A DNA stretch of 64,000 nucleotides from an uncultured Prevotellaceae bacterium (GTDB lineage: Bacteria > Bacteroidota > Bacteroidia > Bacteroidales > Bacteroidaceae). Below the pieces are notes generated by a model. It was not told the origin of the DNA and did no database searches. It was given only the letters and a program-made list of their open reading frames with translations. Every line of letters begins with the position of its first letter. The first letter of the stretch is position 1. The position numbers and the translations under genes were made by a program. Location: the NCBI GenBank assembly GCA_946403615.1, contig CAMJAO010000001.1:2307-66306 (forward strand), given 5' to 3'. Positions 19,901 through 28,660 of the stretch are shown here, piece by piece.

Positions 19901-21103
19901 CGCCAGGCTGCCGACACCATACGCCAGAGCGAAATGCAACTCCTGCGCGACCGCGCTGCCATCGCCGAGAAAACCCGACAGCTCACAGACACACCCATCG
20001 GCCTCAGCGGCATCAAAGCCGCATACCAGCGGCAGCGCGAAGAGACAGCCAAAGCCTACGATGCCCAGATCACCATCGCAGCCCGCGCCGGAATGCAAAC
20101 CGTAGAACTGGCGCGCCACAAGCAGCAGGCACTCATCAATATCGACTACGAATACCAGCAGCAGCTCTACGGCATACAGCAGCAGGTGGGCACCACCTGG
20201 GCCGGCGAATACCAGAACCAGCTCAGCCAGTACCAGCACATGCTCGACCAGCAGCTCATCTCCGAGCAGCAGTTCCAGAAACTCAGACTCCAGCTCCAGA
20301 TGGCCAACACAAAAAAATACTTCGACTACTACAGCAACCTCTCCGCATCCATGGTCGAGAGCATACAGCAAGCCGAGATAGACCAGGTCGAAGCCAAATA
20401 CGACGTGCTCATACGCGACGCCGAAAACAACGGCGAAGACACCACCGCACTCGAAGAAGAGAAAGAAGCCAAAAAACTCGACATACAAAAGAAATATGCC
20501 GACATGAACTTCGCCATCAAGTGCTCGCAGATCATCGCCGACACCGCCGTCAGCATCATGAAAGCCTACGCCGACCTCGGACCCATCGCCGGAAGCGTAG
20601 CAGCAGCACTGCTCGCCGTCACCGGAGCCGCACAGCTCGTCAGCGCCAAGGCCGAACGCGACAAAATCAAAAACCTCAACGCCAAATCATCATCCGCACA
20701 GGGCAGCGCCACCGAGCGCGTCGTCAGCGGATATGCCGAGGGCGGATACACCGGACCCGGACCACGATACGAAGTGGCCGGCGTCGTACACCGCGGCGAA
20801 TATGTCGTGCCGCAACCCATCATGTCGCTCCCCATGGTGGCCGATGCCGTAAGCACCATCGAGGCCATCAGGCGCAGCCGCGCCGGCGCCGCCCCGCATG
20901 TCATGCCGGGATATGCCGACGGCGGATACGTCGCCACCCCTCCGCACTCCGAACCACAGACCCGCGAACTGCTCGCCGCCGCCGTAGAGCTGCGGCGAGC
21001 CGTCAAGTCCGTACGCAACATACGCTCATACGTCGTTTATCAAGACCTCGAACGCAGCCGCGACCTCATCAACCAGGCGCGCGCACCCTTCACACGGAGT
21101 TAG
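16952..21103 (+). CDS. Tail tape measure protein (TP901-type core)
   Basis: 1383 aa; coiled coil; LGATTSYTAGEV core; C-terminal GYAEGGYTG...GVVHRGEYVVP motif. Confidence 0.93.
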   Translation: MAKGNKIQTDYINWVVTLNASQAQKEIHNVTESTRELEKQNKEFRKQMGELDNSSSDYKKRLDELNQKITANNKIISENKEKQKLLTRQLDKSQMTANQLAKEMRNLQRELRNTSKATDPKRYKELEQELERTAKAYRNAVSSSKSFGEKLKDISKPIEAVKGALWNVGQSILSTFANAFKNAFNVIADFEAQQSKLAAIMQSTKEGIADMTEQARQLGATTSYTAGEVTSLQVELAKLGFLKEDIKAMTPEVLKFARAVDTDLGSAAALTGAALRIFGMNADETGRAVSAMAIGTTSSALSFSYLENALSTVGPVANSFGFTLEETTALLGQLANSGFDASSAATAIRNLMLNMADSSGKLAKALGQPVHNLDDLVAGLQKLQAEGINLAEALELSDKRSVAAFQTFLNGADNIKTLRDNVTDCQGAFDQMSEEMGDNVRGSLAILSSTIEGLILRLYDSRGILKLLVDAITKVFEAIGWVIDNIGTFLKWLTPAIVSVTAFKVALLASEAAAKLKTKAMIADTVATGTATKANNIFSVAVGKASAGIKKLFALIKAHPLATFLSAVSLVATAVALWTSKSEEAADAQAKVNKITAEAEAEGAKEKAMLDNLYKATQNQTLAIEQRRIAAEMLQKKYPEWFANLTTEEILAGKAADAYERLQKQIIGAAKAHAYNKRLEQLAEEDYEDEKQEEEDRKWLDENQSKYDRLEARSQDEKNLEMVAGYVNGVKIGGSNLDKNTKFKQEYAKRSARYESTRTRRKTRGEEQNLLVDKITAVEAVTPTTPTKPTTTGNRYADPKKTGNTHKESPAQKALKELQAEHDARMAQIEANGREEQQLETEINIEKAREAERFAQERIAKAEELAAATSASDEKELTRLKEMKAKGEADLTKALDDIEDAVVAREQDNRDRRLQLETTYYQQQADTLERALLSQDITQQQHDAYMMEVNEAHHQQLLQIHRDYADNLAEIDIYSNDRREQLQRQAADTIRQSEMQLLRDRAAIAEKTRQLTDTPIGLSGIKAAYQRQREETAKAYDAQITIAARAGMQTVELARHKQQALINIDYEYQQQLYGIQQQVGTTWAGEYQNQLSQYQHMLDQQLISEQQFQKLRLQLQMANTKKYFDYYSNLSASMVESIQQAEIDQVEAKYDVLIRDAENNGEDTTALEEEKEAKKLDIQKKYADMNFAIKCSQIIADTAVSIMKAYADLGPIAGSVAAALLAVTGAAQLVSAKAERDKIKNLNAKSSSAQGSATERVVSGYAEGGYTGPGPRYEVAGVVHRGEYVVPQPIMSLPMVADAVSTIEAIRRSRAGAAPHVMPGYADGGYVATPPHSEPQTRELLAAAVELRRAVKSVRNIRSYVVYQDLERSRDLINQARAPFTRS

Positions 21104-21169
21104 GTCGTCAATGCAAAGGGCGGCCGTTATCAGCCGGCCTTAAACCCTCACCCTCAAACCTCAACAGAA

Positions 21170-21343
21170 ATGCAAAATCGTATCATACCAGCACCCGAAT
21201 CGGCCGACACCGGGGCACTCTTCGCAGAATGGTCGAAAGAGTACACCGGCACCGTCGATGACTTCTACCACTTCATCACCACACCCACCGCACAGCGCGA
21301 CCTCTTCCTGCGTAAAACTCAAAAGAACACACCACACCCATGA
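21170..21343 (+). CDS. 57-aa phage protein missing from the ORF track
   Basis: MQNRIIPAPESADTGALFAEWSKEYTGTVDDFYHFITTPTAQRDLFLRKTQKNTPHP; ATGA overlap with the next gene. Confidence 0.6.
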   Translation: MQNRIIPAPESADTGALFAEWSKEYTGTVDDFYHFITTPTAQRDLFLRKTQKNTPHP

Positions 21344-22530
21344 ACGTCTCACTCTATCCGGCAGGACACGCCTTCACACGCAATCCCATCCTGCTCACCA
21401 TTCAAAGTCCGGGCACCACCCAATACCATGTCGATGCCAGCCAGTATGACACCAACCGCCACCAGTGGATACCAGACCGGCGCATCTTCAGTGGTGTAGG
21501 CGAAGGCAACTATACCGTCAACCTCGCCGAAGTGGCAGAAGCCGCCGTCAGCGAACCCGCAGCGCCCCCCGAAGCCACAGACATCATCACGCCGGCATTC
21601 GACTCGCAGACAGCACTCATCAACATCACCGTAACCGACGGCGACAGCTCTTGGACACAAAGCCTCCAAGTGTGGCGCGGAGGCACAGCACGGCGCAATT
21701 ACATCAGACTCAAAAACGCAGGCACCGACATCTTCCAGACACGATTCTTCAATCCCCTAAACAACTTCTTCCTCAGCGCAAGGGGCGAGGAGTGGATCCT
21801 CACCCTGCGCGAGACCGAGCTGCTCCCGCTCACCTTCATCATGCCCGATGGCGGATTCCAAATCTTCGAGCGGCTCAGCGGCCACACCTATACATGCTCC
21901 CAACCCGAAGGCTGGCAGGCATCAGTGCCCCTGTACCTCAATATCCAGGCACTCCGGCGGCATTTCTTCGACAACTATCATGTGCTCCCCTCCATATTCC
22001 ATGTCAGGGTAGGGCAGCGCACCGTCTGCCGCATCGTCATCGAGAGAGCCAAGCCAGCCGCCCTGCAGCGCCGCGTGCGCTTCCTCAACTCCTACGGTGC
22101 ATGGGATGCCATCCAAATCACAGCACCCGTATTCGCCGCCTACGACAGCACCGGCACCGACACCGACGACGACGGCTCTTATCAGCAATACAACCCCGAC
22201 GACGACAGCTTCTCTACCAGGCGCACACGCCCCGCACGCCGCACCGTGCTCACCACTCAAATCACCGTCGCACGCCATGCCGACCAGCTCCTACTCGCCG
22301 ATATGCTTCAGTCTGACTCCGTCTGGTTCCAAGGCTTCACTGCCGGCGAGGTGCGCGTCATACCCGCCGCCGACGAGTGGCAGCGCGCACTCCGCCTCAC
22401 CACGCCCGAAACAGTGCAGGTGTCTTTTACACTCGCCGATGACGACAGTCTCACCACAGCCGACAGCACCACACAGGGAGCGGCGCGCCCCGGCATCTTC
22501 ACCCCACAGTTCTCCGACGTGTTCAACTAA
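21340..22530 (+). CDS. Minor tail / distal tail-like protein
   Basis: Follows tape measure; FLNSYGAWD motif; ends GIFTPQFSDVFN. Confidence 0.6.
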   Translation: MNVSLYPAGHAFTRNPILLTIQSPGTTQYHVDASQYDTNRHQWIPDRRIFSGVGEGNYTVNLAEVAEAAVSEPAAPPEATDIITPAFDSQTALINITVTDGDSSWTQSLQVWRGGTARRNYIRLKNAGTDIFQTRFFNPLNNFFLSARGEEWILTLRETELLPLTFIMPDGGFQIFERLSGHTYTCSQPEGWQASVPLYLNIQALRRHFFDNYHVLPSIFHVRVGQRTVCRIVIERAKPAALQRRVRFLNSYGAWDAIQITAPVFAAYDSTGTDTDDDGSYQQYNPDDDSFSTRRTRPARRTVLTTQITVARHADQLLLADMLQSDSVWFQGFTAGEVRVIPAADEWQRALRLTTPETVQVSFTLADDDSLTTADSTTQGAARPGIFTPQFSDVFN

Positions 22531-22553
22531 CCCCTCAACCCTCAACAAAGAAT

Positions 22554-25397
22554 ATGATAGACGAACAAACAACCGTACAAGACCTCATCACGGCCATCGA
22601 ACAGGCCACCGAGGCCGACTCCGTGTCCAACCTCATGGTAGCACGCATCATGCGCTATGCCACGCGGATGCACGCCGCCGTCTCTAACGTCAAGGCCCTC
22701 GACAGCATCACCCTGCTGCCCGAAAGCCCCACAGACCCACTCACCGCCTACATCATCTCCGGCCACATCTACCTCTATGTCGCCTCCGGTGGCGACATAC
22801 TCGACGGGCTTTACCAGGACTGCGGCGAGATACGAGGCCCACAAGGGCCACAAGGACCCAAGGGCAACGACGGTGTGGTGCTCGACGGAGTCTCCCTCGC
22901 CGACAGCATCGCCGCCATCGAAGAGGCCGCCACACCCAGCGAGACCGTGCCCACCGCCAACGCCACCAAGGCCGTCATCAACGCCGTGGATGCCAATACC
23001 GAAGAAATCGCCAGTGCCAAGACAGACATCTACGGAGGAGTCATCGCCGACACCGCCGACGGCAAGCAGGCGGGAGTGTACGCGGCGACGGGGACGAGTT
23101 TTCTCCGCCGCAACGATAGCACAGGCGCGTGGGTGCAGAACAGCCACTCCGGCACGAAGTACTACCGTATCAACACTGGCCCCGGCACAGACATCGTGCG
23201 CATCACCGGCGGGGCGAAATTCAATGCCACCCCCGGGTCGTACACCACCTTCTGCCTCCTGTCGTTCCGGAAATCGACACCGTGGACCGCCGACGAGTGG
23301 CCTTCGGTGGGCGACTGGGTAGGTCTGTGGCCCGGCGGCGACAACACCGAGACGCGTTTCGACAGCCAGCAGAAGGTGTCGGGCACCGACTACTATTACA
23401 TAGCACCCGCGTCGATGGTGGTAGGCAAGTCTTCGGCCATCCGCACGTTCGACGTCGTCCCTCCCGCTGCCGCTCAGAGTGTCTTCATCGTGGGCTACGG
23501 AGCAGCCGACATCACCATCACCCTGCACAAAGAGACAGCCGTCGCAGGGCATGAGGCGCGCATCGCCGCACTGGAAGGGGGCGCAGCAACGATGGCCGAG
23601 CAGGTAGAGGAGACATCGACCATCATCAACGGTGGCACGCGGACGGAGACCATAGACGGAAAAACAGTAGGTAGTCTTACGAATTATTACTTGGACGGGT
23701 CTTATGTGGCGCATAACCACAACTCATACCGCAGGTGGATTATCACGAACAAGGACTACACCCATATTACTGCTTACGTTGGATTGAACGATACTTTATC
23801 TGTTGGAATGTGCGCCGTAGCTTTTGATAACGGAAACGGGTGGAGTGCCCCGGACGAGAACTATATCCTGTACAACGACGTGGGAATGCGCACGTTTGAC
23901 ACTGATATCCCCGCTGGCACGGTTAGGATATGTGTATGCCACCGCAACTCGGCTGGGACACCATCCATCGCACTGACACGTGAATGGGAGGTTGACCCTG
24001 TCGAGACGCGTGTGGAGACGCTGGAGGAAAAGGTGGAAACCATCTCGGGCGACGGCAAGGACAGGATGACCCGCCATGAGACGCGCGACCAAGACTGCCT
24101 CATGCTGCGCAACCACATCAAGACCACATGGCCGTATTTCTTCGCGGCGGCTGGCACCGGCTACGACAACCAGCCCTACCTCGACCGCAAGATAGCGCAG
24201 ATACCCGATGGCAAGCACTTCATCTTTGTCACCGACACGCACTGGGGTACAGGTTCCAACAACGGCAACCCCTCGAAAAACAGCACCTACATCGCCAGCT
24301 ACGTCAGCAAGCGGCTCGGCGGCTGCCCCGTCATCTTCGGCGGCGACTGCATCAACTCCGAAGACAGCGAATACGATGCCGCCATGCGCCTGTCCATGTA
24401 TGCCGACGAGTTCTTCGCAGCCTTCGGCGACAACGGCCTGTGGGTGCAGGGCAATCACGACAGCAACAAATTAGGCACCGGCCTCACGAGCGACGCCGAG
24501 GTCTATCGGCGCACGGTGGCGCGACTGGCGCATAAGGTGACGTTCGATGAGTGGAGCCTGACCCACCTATACACCGACGTGCACGACATGACCGACGAGC
24601 AGCTCCCCGAGGCCGAGGGCTGGCTTCGGCTGCATTATCATTGGGACGACGAAGACCGCAAGGTGCGATACATCGTCTATGAGACAGGCTGCTGCGGTCC
24701 TACGATAACCCAGTTCGTCACGGGCGGCAGTTATCAGCTGCCCGCCCTCTTCAGATGGCTCGCACGCACACTGAAATCCACCCCCGAGGGCTACGACATC
24801 ATCATCGCCGGACACATGTTCGGCACATCACACAGCGACTATCTCTCGGGCGTCTCCGACGGCAACAACCTGATGAAGATGCTGTGCGCCTTCCGCATGG
24901 GCACGTCGGTATCAATCAACATGCGGCTCTCTCACCTCAAAGCGTCCGACTTCCGCGACATGATGTACGGCACGAGCGGCAGTTTCTCAGCCAATTTCTC
25001 CGACACCGCTTTCACGGGCAGAATCTTCCTCGTGAGTGGTCACTGGCACAACGACCGCGCCTATATCAAGAGCACGGCAGGAGAAACGCCCTACCCGGTG
25101 GAATACACCGACGCAGCCGTCACCGACGCCTCGGTGCTGCATGTCAACGTCAACACCGACCATCTGGCCCGCAACCCCTACTACCCCGACCGTGCCGACA
25201 CAGCATTAGGGACGGTAGGCGAGGTGTCGTTCGACGTGATCACGCTCACTGCCGACGACAAGGTGGTATGCACGCGCATCGGCTACTACGACGGCACTGT
25301 CTGTCCGTACTTCAACGAGCAGGGCGAGAGGGTGTTCCGCCTGACACCGCTTGACCCGGATGACGATACAGACACAGACGCGGGCCAGGCGGAATAG
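22554..25397 (+). CDS. Tail fibre/spike-like protein with C-terminal calcineurin-like metallophosphoesterase
   Basis: N-terminal anchor, GPQGPQGPKG collagen stub and coiled-coil linkers. Phosphoesterase motifs DTH, GDCIN, GNHD, AGH and GHWH. Confidence 0.75.
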   Translation: MIDEQTTVQDLITAIEQATEADSVSNLMVARIMRYATRMHAAVSNVKALDSITLLPESPTDPLTAYIISGHIYLYVASGGDILDGLYQDCGEIRGPQGPQGPKGNDGVVLDGVSLADSIAAIEEAATPSETVPTANATKAVINAVDANTEEIASAKTDIYGGVIADTADGKQAGVYAATGTSFLRRNDSTGAWVQNSHSGTKYYRINTGPGTDIVRITGGAKFNATPGSYTTFCLLSFRKSTPWTADEWPSVGDWVGLWPGGDNTETRFDSQQKVSGTDYYYIAPASMVVGKSSAIRTFDVVPPAAAQSVFIVGYGAADITITLHKETAVAGHEARIAALEGGAATMAEQVEETSTIINGGTRTETIDGKTVGSLTNYYLDGSYVAHNHNSYRRWIITNKDYTHITAYVGLNDTLSVGMCAVAFDNGNGWSAPDENYILYNDVGMRTFDTDIPAGTVRICVCHRNSAGTPSIALTREWEVDPVETRVETLEEKVETISGDGKDRMTRHETRDQDCLMLRNHIKTTWPYFFAAAGTGYDNQPYLDRKIAQIPDGKHFIFVTDTHWGTGSNNGNPSKNSTYIASYVSKRLGGCPVIFGGDCINSEDSEYDAAMRLSMYADEFFAAFGDNGLWVQGNHDSNKLGTGLTSDAEVYRRTVARLAHKVTFDEWSLTHLYTDVHDMTDEQLPEAEGWLRLHYHWDDEDRKVRYIVYETGCCGPTITQFVTGGSYQLPALFRWLARTLKSTPEGYDIIIAGHMFGTSHSDYLSGVSDGNNLMKMLCAFRMGTSVSINMRLSHLKASDFRDMMYGTSGSFSANFSDTAFTGRIFLVSGHWHNDRAYIKSTAGETPYPVEYTDAAVTDASVLHVNVNTDHLARNPYYPDRADTALGTVGEVSFDVITLTADDKVVCTRIGYYDGTVCPYFNEQGERVFRLTPLDPDDDTDTDAGQAE

Positions 25398-25440
25398 CCC
25401 CCTCCCCCTGACAACCATCAACACTAAACCCTCAACAAGA

Positions 25441-25716
25441 ATGAAAACCAACACCAAAGAATGGATTCAGTACGGCTCGGCCATCGCCATGATCCTCTCG
25501 GGCATCGTGCTCGGGTTCCTCTCGTTCTTCCTCAACGACGACCACGATATCGCCGACGGCGTGCTCTGGTACATCGCGCAGGCGCTCATCTACGCTGGCG
25601 GCATCTTCGGCGTGTCAATTTACTTCAAAACGAAATTGGGGGAGTTCGAGAGCAAGGCGCGTGAAGAGCTCAAAGACTATATCGACCGGAAGGAGGCCGC
25701 CGATGAGCACCAGTAG
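25441..25716 (+). CDS. Holin (two TM)
   Basis: MKTNTKEWIQYGSA...; two TM helices and a charged tail; directly upstream of the endolysin. Confidence 0.7.
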   Translation: MKTNTKEWIQYGSAIAMILSGIVLGFLSFFLNDDHDIADGVLWYIAQALIYAGGIFGVSIYFKTKLGEFESKAREELKDYIDRKEAADEHQ

Positions 25717-26350
25717 TCATGCAAAGGACGACCGTAATCGGTCCTCCTTATCACCCCTCGTCATCCTCGGCACCGCCCACGGCTCGAACACACCCGGCAA
25801 GCGGTCGCCCGACGGCAGGCTGCTTGAATACCGCTACAGCCGCGAGATAGTGGCCGAGGTGGAGCGGCGCCTGAAGGCCGACGGCTGCCGTGTGGCTGTC
25901 GATCTGAGGCAAGACTATGAGCCATCGCTGGCCGCACGTGTCGCCGAGGTCAACCGCCTGTGCCGGCAATACGGCACAAAGAACTGCTGCTACGTCTCCA
26001 TACACGTCAACGCCGCCGGCATGGGCGACCGGTGGCGCGACGCACGCTACTGGACAGTGTGGACATCGCGCTCGCAGACACGGGGAGACCGCCTGGCCAC
26101 CTGTCTGTGGCAGGCAGCCCACCGGCTCATGCCCGCCAGTATGCCCGTAAAAGCCGACTGGCGCGACGGTGATGCCGACTATGAGAGTAATTTTTACATT
26201 CTCAAAAACACCCTTTGCGCAGCAGCACTCACCGAGAATCTTTTCCAAGACAACCTCGAGTGCGTCGATTGGCTGCTCTCTGATGAGGGGCGGCAGACCA
26301 TCGCCGAGATACATGTGCAAGGAATAAGAAAATACATCGAATCACTATGA
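25703..26350 (+). CDS. Endolysin, N-acetylmuramoyl-L-alanine amidase (Amidase_3)
   Basis: GTAHG, LLEY, SIHVNA and LTENLF Zn-amidase motifs. Confidence 0.9.
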   Translation: MSTSSHAKDDRNRSSLSPLVILGTAHGSNTPGKRSPDGRLLEYRYSREIVAEVERRLKADGCRVAVDLRQDYEPSLAARVAEVNRLCRQYGTKNCCYVSIHVNAAGMGDRWRDARYWTVWTSRSQTRGDRLATCLWQAAHRLMPASMPVKADWRDGDADYESNFYILKNTLCAAALTENLFQDNLECVDWLLSDEGRQTIAEIHVQGIRKYIESL

Positions 26351-26469
26351 GTTGCAGACACTGCGAGAATTACGCTACCGACTACGGCTTTTGCCGCATC
26401 AGCAGCACCAAGCCCGCCCCGACGGGCAACACCAAGACGTGCCCCTATTACCAGGCTAAAAAAAGATGA
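26347..26469 (+). CDS. 40-aa Cys4 microprotein missing from the ORF track
   Basis: MSCRHCENYATDYGFCRISSTKPAPTGNTKTCPYYQAKKR; ATGA overlaps at both ends. Confidence 0.65.
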   Translation: MSCRHCENYATDYGFCRISSTKPAPTGNTKTCPYYQAKKR

Positions 26470-26927
26470 AAAAATACACTATGAAAAACCGAACACTATA
26501 TTGGATATTAGCCGCGTGGATCACCTTCCTCGCCCTCTCCATGCTCACGGGATGCAAGACCAAGAGCGTGACTGAGTACGTGGCGGTGCATGACACGACT
26601 TACTCTGTCACTCGAGACACAGTGACTAAGATAAAGACTGAATATTCGCACGACACGCTCCGGATTGAGGTAGAGAAGATAGTGACGCTCAACGAGGGTG
26701 GTGACACCATACGCGTGGCTCTTTACCGTGACCGATGGCGTGACCGTATCGTCCGCCAGACCGATACCGTCCGCGTGGCGAAGACCGACACTATATATAA
26801 GGTGGCCGTTCAGAAGCATGACAAAGAGGTGGTCAAGCAGCCATCCTTCTGGCAGAGGTGGGGCGTGTTCCTCGCCGTCTTTGCCGTGTGCATCGTGCTC
26901 ACCCTCTCCATCAAGGGCAAAGACTGA
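26466..26927 (+). CDS. Probable unimolecular spanin (lipoprotein with C-terminal TM)
   Basis: Lipobox LTGC, beta-rich DT repeats, C-terminal hydrophobic helix; in the lysis cassette. Confidence 0.7.
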   Translation: MKKYTMKNRTLYWILAAWITFLALSMLTGCKTKSVTEYVAVHDTTYSVTRDTVTKIKTEYSHDTLRIEVEKIVTLNEGGDTIRVALYRDRWRDRIVRQTDTVRVAKTDTIYKVAVQKHDKEVVKQPSFWQRWGVFLAVFAVCIVLTLSIKGKD

Positions 26928-26954
26928 CGTTTCATTTCAACGCCTGACAAACAG

Positions 26955-27173
26955 GTGGTTGACTTGAAAGAGCATGATATCATGCGTGTACTTAAAGTAT
27001 CGTATATAGCAGAGCGTTTCTTCGGGCGGTCGCGGTCATGGTTGTGCCATAAACTTAACCATGACATGAGGAACGGCAAACCCGATGACTTTACACCCGA
27101 GGAGCGCAAGAAACTGAAAGACGCTCTCGACACGATAGCCTACGAGATACAGATATTGTCGGACAATATGTAG
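26955..27173 (+). CDS. DUF5053-like HTH protein (possibly 5' truncated)
   Basis: SYIAERFFGRSRSWLCHKLN...GKPDDFTPEE motif. Confidence 0.7.
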   Translation: MVDLKEHDIMRVLKVSYIAERFFGRSRSWLCHKLNHDMRNGKPDDFTPEERKKLKDALDTIAYEIQILSDNM

Positions 27174-27207
27174 TCTTTTTCCTCGTTCATCTGCATATTC
27201 CGACACG

Positions 27208-27239
27208 GGCGCATCCTTCACCGGGTGCGCCTTTTTTTT
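27208..27239 (+). terminator. Rho-independent terminator
   Basis: GGCGCATCC-N6-GGGTGCGCC followed by T8. Confidence 0.85.
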
Positions 27240-27251
27240 ATGTCTAACACG

Positions 27252-28490
27252 TCAGCGATATCGCCCCTCGAATGTGTTGAGGTAATCTATCACCTTGCGG
27301 ATGGCGGTGTCGATGCGCTTTTGGTCGTGTGAGATATAGCGCGCGGTCACCTCGCCCGTCCATGCATGACCCAGACACTGGCCGATGGTGCGCTCTGAGA
27401 TGTCGAGGTCGTTGGCGGCGATACTCGCAAAGGTGTAACGGGCCGTGTAGGTGGTGATGTGGGGCAGGATAGGGTGGTAGGCCTTCTTCCTGAGCTTGCC
27501 CAGGCGGTCGGGCACCAACTCCGAACGCCCCACCTTCTTCAGTGCGTCGTTCCAGTGCTTGTTGAACGTCTGGTAGTCGGTGCGCGTGTCCATGATGTTG
27601 AGCAGGTGCCGGTGGCCTTTATACTTGTCGATGATAGCCTGTGCCTCAGCAAACACAGGCAGGCTCACAGGTGTGATGGTGCCGGCGTTACTCTTGTCGG
27701 TCTTGCGCCGGACGAATACCAGCCGCCCGCCGGTCAGACCCTCGCACAGCAGCAGGTCGCCAGCGTTGATGCCTGCCAGATACACCGACAGGCAGAACAA
27801 ATCCACATACACCCGCTGCCACGGCTCGCAGGGGTAATCGCGCAGGTCGGCGAACTCCTGGGCGCTGATGCAACGAGGCACTGACACCTGTTCGCGGATA
27901 CGGTAGCCATACTTGCCACGGAAAGGGTAGGTGATATCATCACCCGCATCGATGCGCCAGTTGAGCACCGTGCGTATGTTGCGCATCTTCTGCGCTATGC
28001 CATTCACAGCCAGATGCCGCTCGTCTCTCAGATACGCTTCAAAACCTCTGAGCCATGCCGCATCGATGCGGTCGGGTAGAGCAGCTGGAGCATACTCTTC
28101 CACGCGGTCGGCAGTAAGCGTGTAGAGACGTGCCGTTGACGGCTTCTGCAGAGCTGCATATTCACGGATACGTGCCGCCATCGTGGCCGACACCGCCGGT
28201 GCGCGCCCCAGATGCCTCAGTAGTGCGTCTTTCAATTCGTGCATGGGCAAATCTTCATGACGCATGCAGAACTCCTCCACATCATCGATGAAAGCGTTCA
28301 GCCGGGATGTCTTCAGGTGGCGCGACGGCTCAGCCTTGGGGAACTCCCTGCCACTGAATTTCACTTTGGCATACAGCCCAGTCTTGATGGAGAACCGACG
28401 TCTGTCCTGTCCGCAGATGAACAGATAGACGGTATATTCGCCCATGCAATTCTTCTGTTTGTCATTGACGAAAACTCTTATTTTTGCCAT
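27252..28490 (-). CDS. int: Tyrosine recombinase / phage integrase
   Basis: Arm-binding N-terminus, SAM-like domain, TYTARYTFAS, LGH and TARY catalytic motifs. Confidence 0.92.
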   Translation of the reverse strand: MAKIRVFVNDKQKNCMGEYTVYLFICGQDRRRFSIKTGLYAKVKFSGREFPKAEPSRHLKTSRLNAFIDDVEEFCMRHEDLPMHELKDALLRHLGRAPAVSATMAARIREYAALQKPSTARLYTLTADRVEEYAPAALPDRIDAAWLRGFEAYLRDERHLAVNGIAQKMRNIRTVLNWRIDAGDDITYPFRGKYGYRIREQVSVPRCISAQEFADLRDYPCEPWQRVYVDLFCLSVYLAGINAGDLLLCEGLTGGRLVFVRRKTDKSNAGTITPVSLPVFAEAQAIIDKYKGHRHLLNIMDTRTDYQTFNKHWNDALKKVGRSELVPDRLGKLRKKAYHPILPHITTYTARYTFASIAANDLDISERTIGQCLGHAWTGEVTARYISHDQKRIDTAIRKVIDYLNTFEGRYR

Positions 28491-28511
28491 ATACTTTTCT
28501 CCTGTTTCCGC

Positions 28512-28543
28512 TTAGTGACTATTTAGTGACTATTTAGTGACTA
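28512..28543. repeat. Three tandem 11-bp repeats TTAGTGACTAT (likely integrase arm-type sites)
   Basis: ttagtgactat ttagtgactat ttagtgacta, between int and the tRNA. Confidence 0.7.
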
Positions 28544-28640
28544 AAAACGGCATAAAACAGACCATAATAGACCATAAAAACGGAAATATTGGCCTTTTTT
28601 TTTTAGAAAAGTCTTGGGGTTGAAAGGTGAAATACAGTTG

Positions 28641-28653
28641 TAAAGTACTGATA
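28641..28653 (-). promoter_or_regulatory. IHF-type site adjacent to att
   Basis: Minus strand TATCAG-TACT-TTA matches WATCARNNNNTTR. Confidence 0.55.
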
Positions 28654-28660
28654 ATCAACG

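Noticed and set aside
2306..26320. Long antisense or alternate-frame ORFs (e.g. 3097-4521, 10290-11033, 17149-18213, 22542-23720)
   Set aside because: Shadow ORFs caused by GC-rich codon bias of the real + strand genes; no recognisable motifs.
12585..27250. Diversity-generating retroelement or invertible tail-fibre cassette
   Set aside because: No reverse transcriptase, TR/VR pair, invertase or inverted fibre segments were seen in the window; the unseen left part of the prophage cannot be excluded.
1..28490. Stop-codon reassignment in the phage
   Set aside because: Genes are full length in the standard code, and TAA, TAG and TGA all end genes at sensible boundaries.
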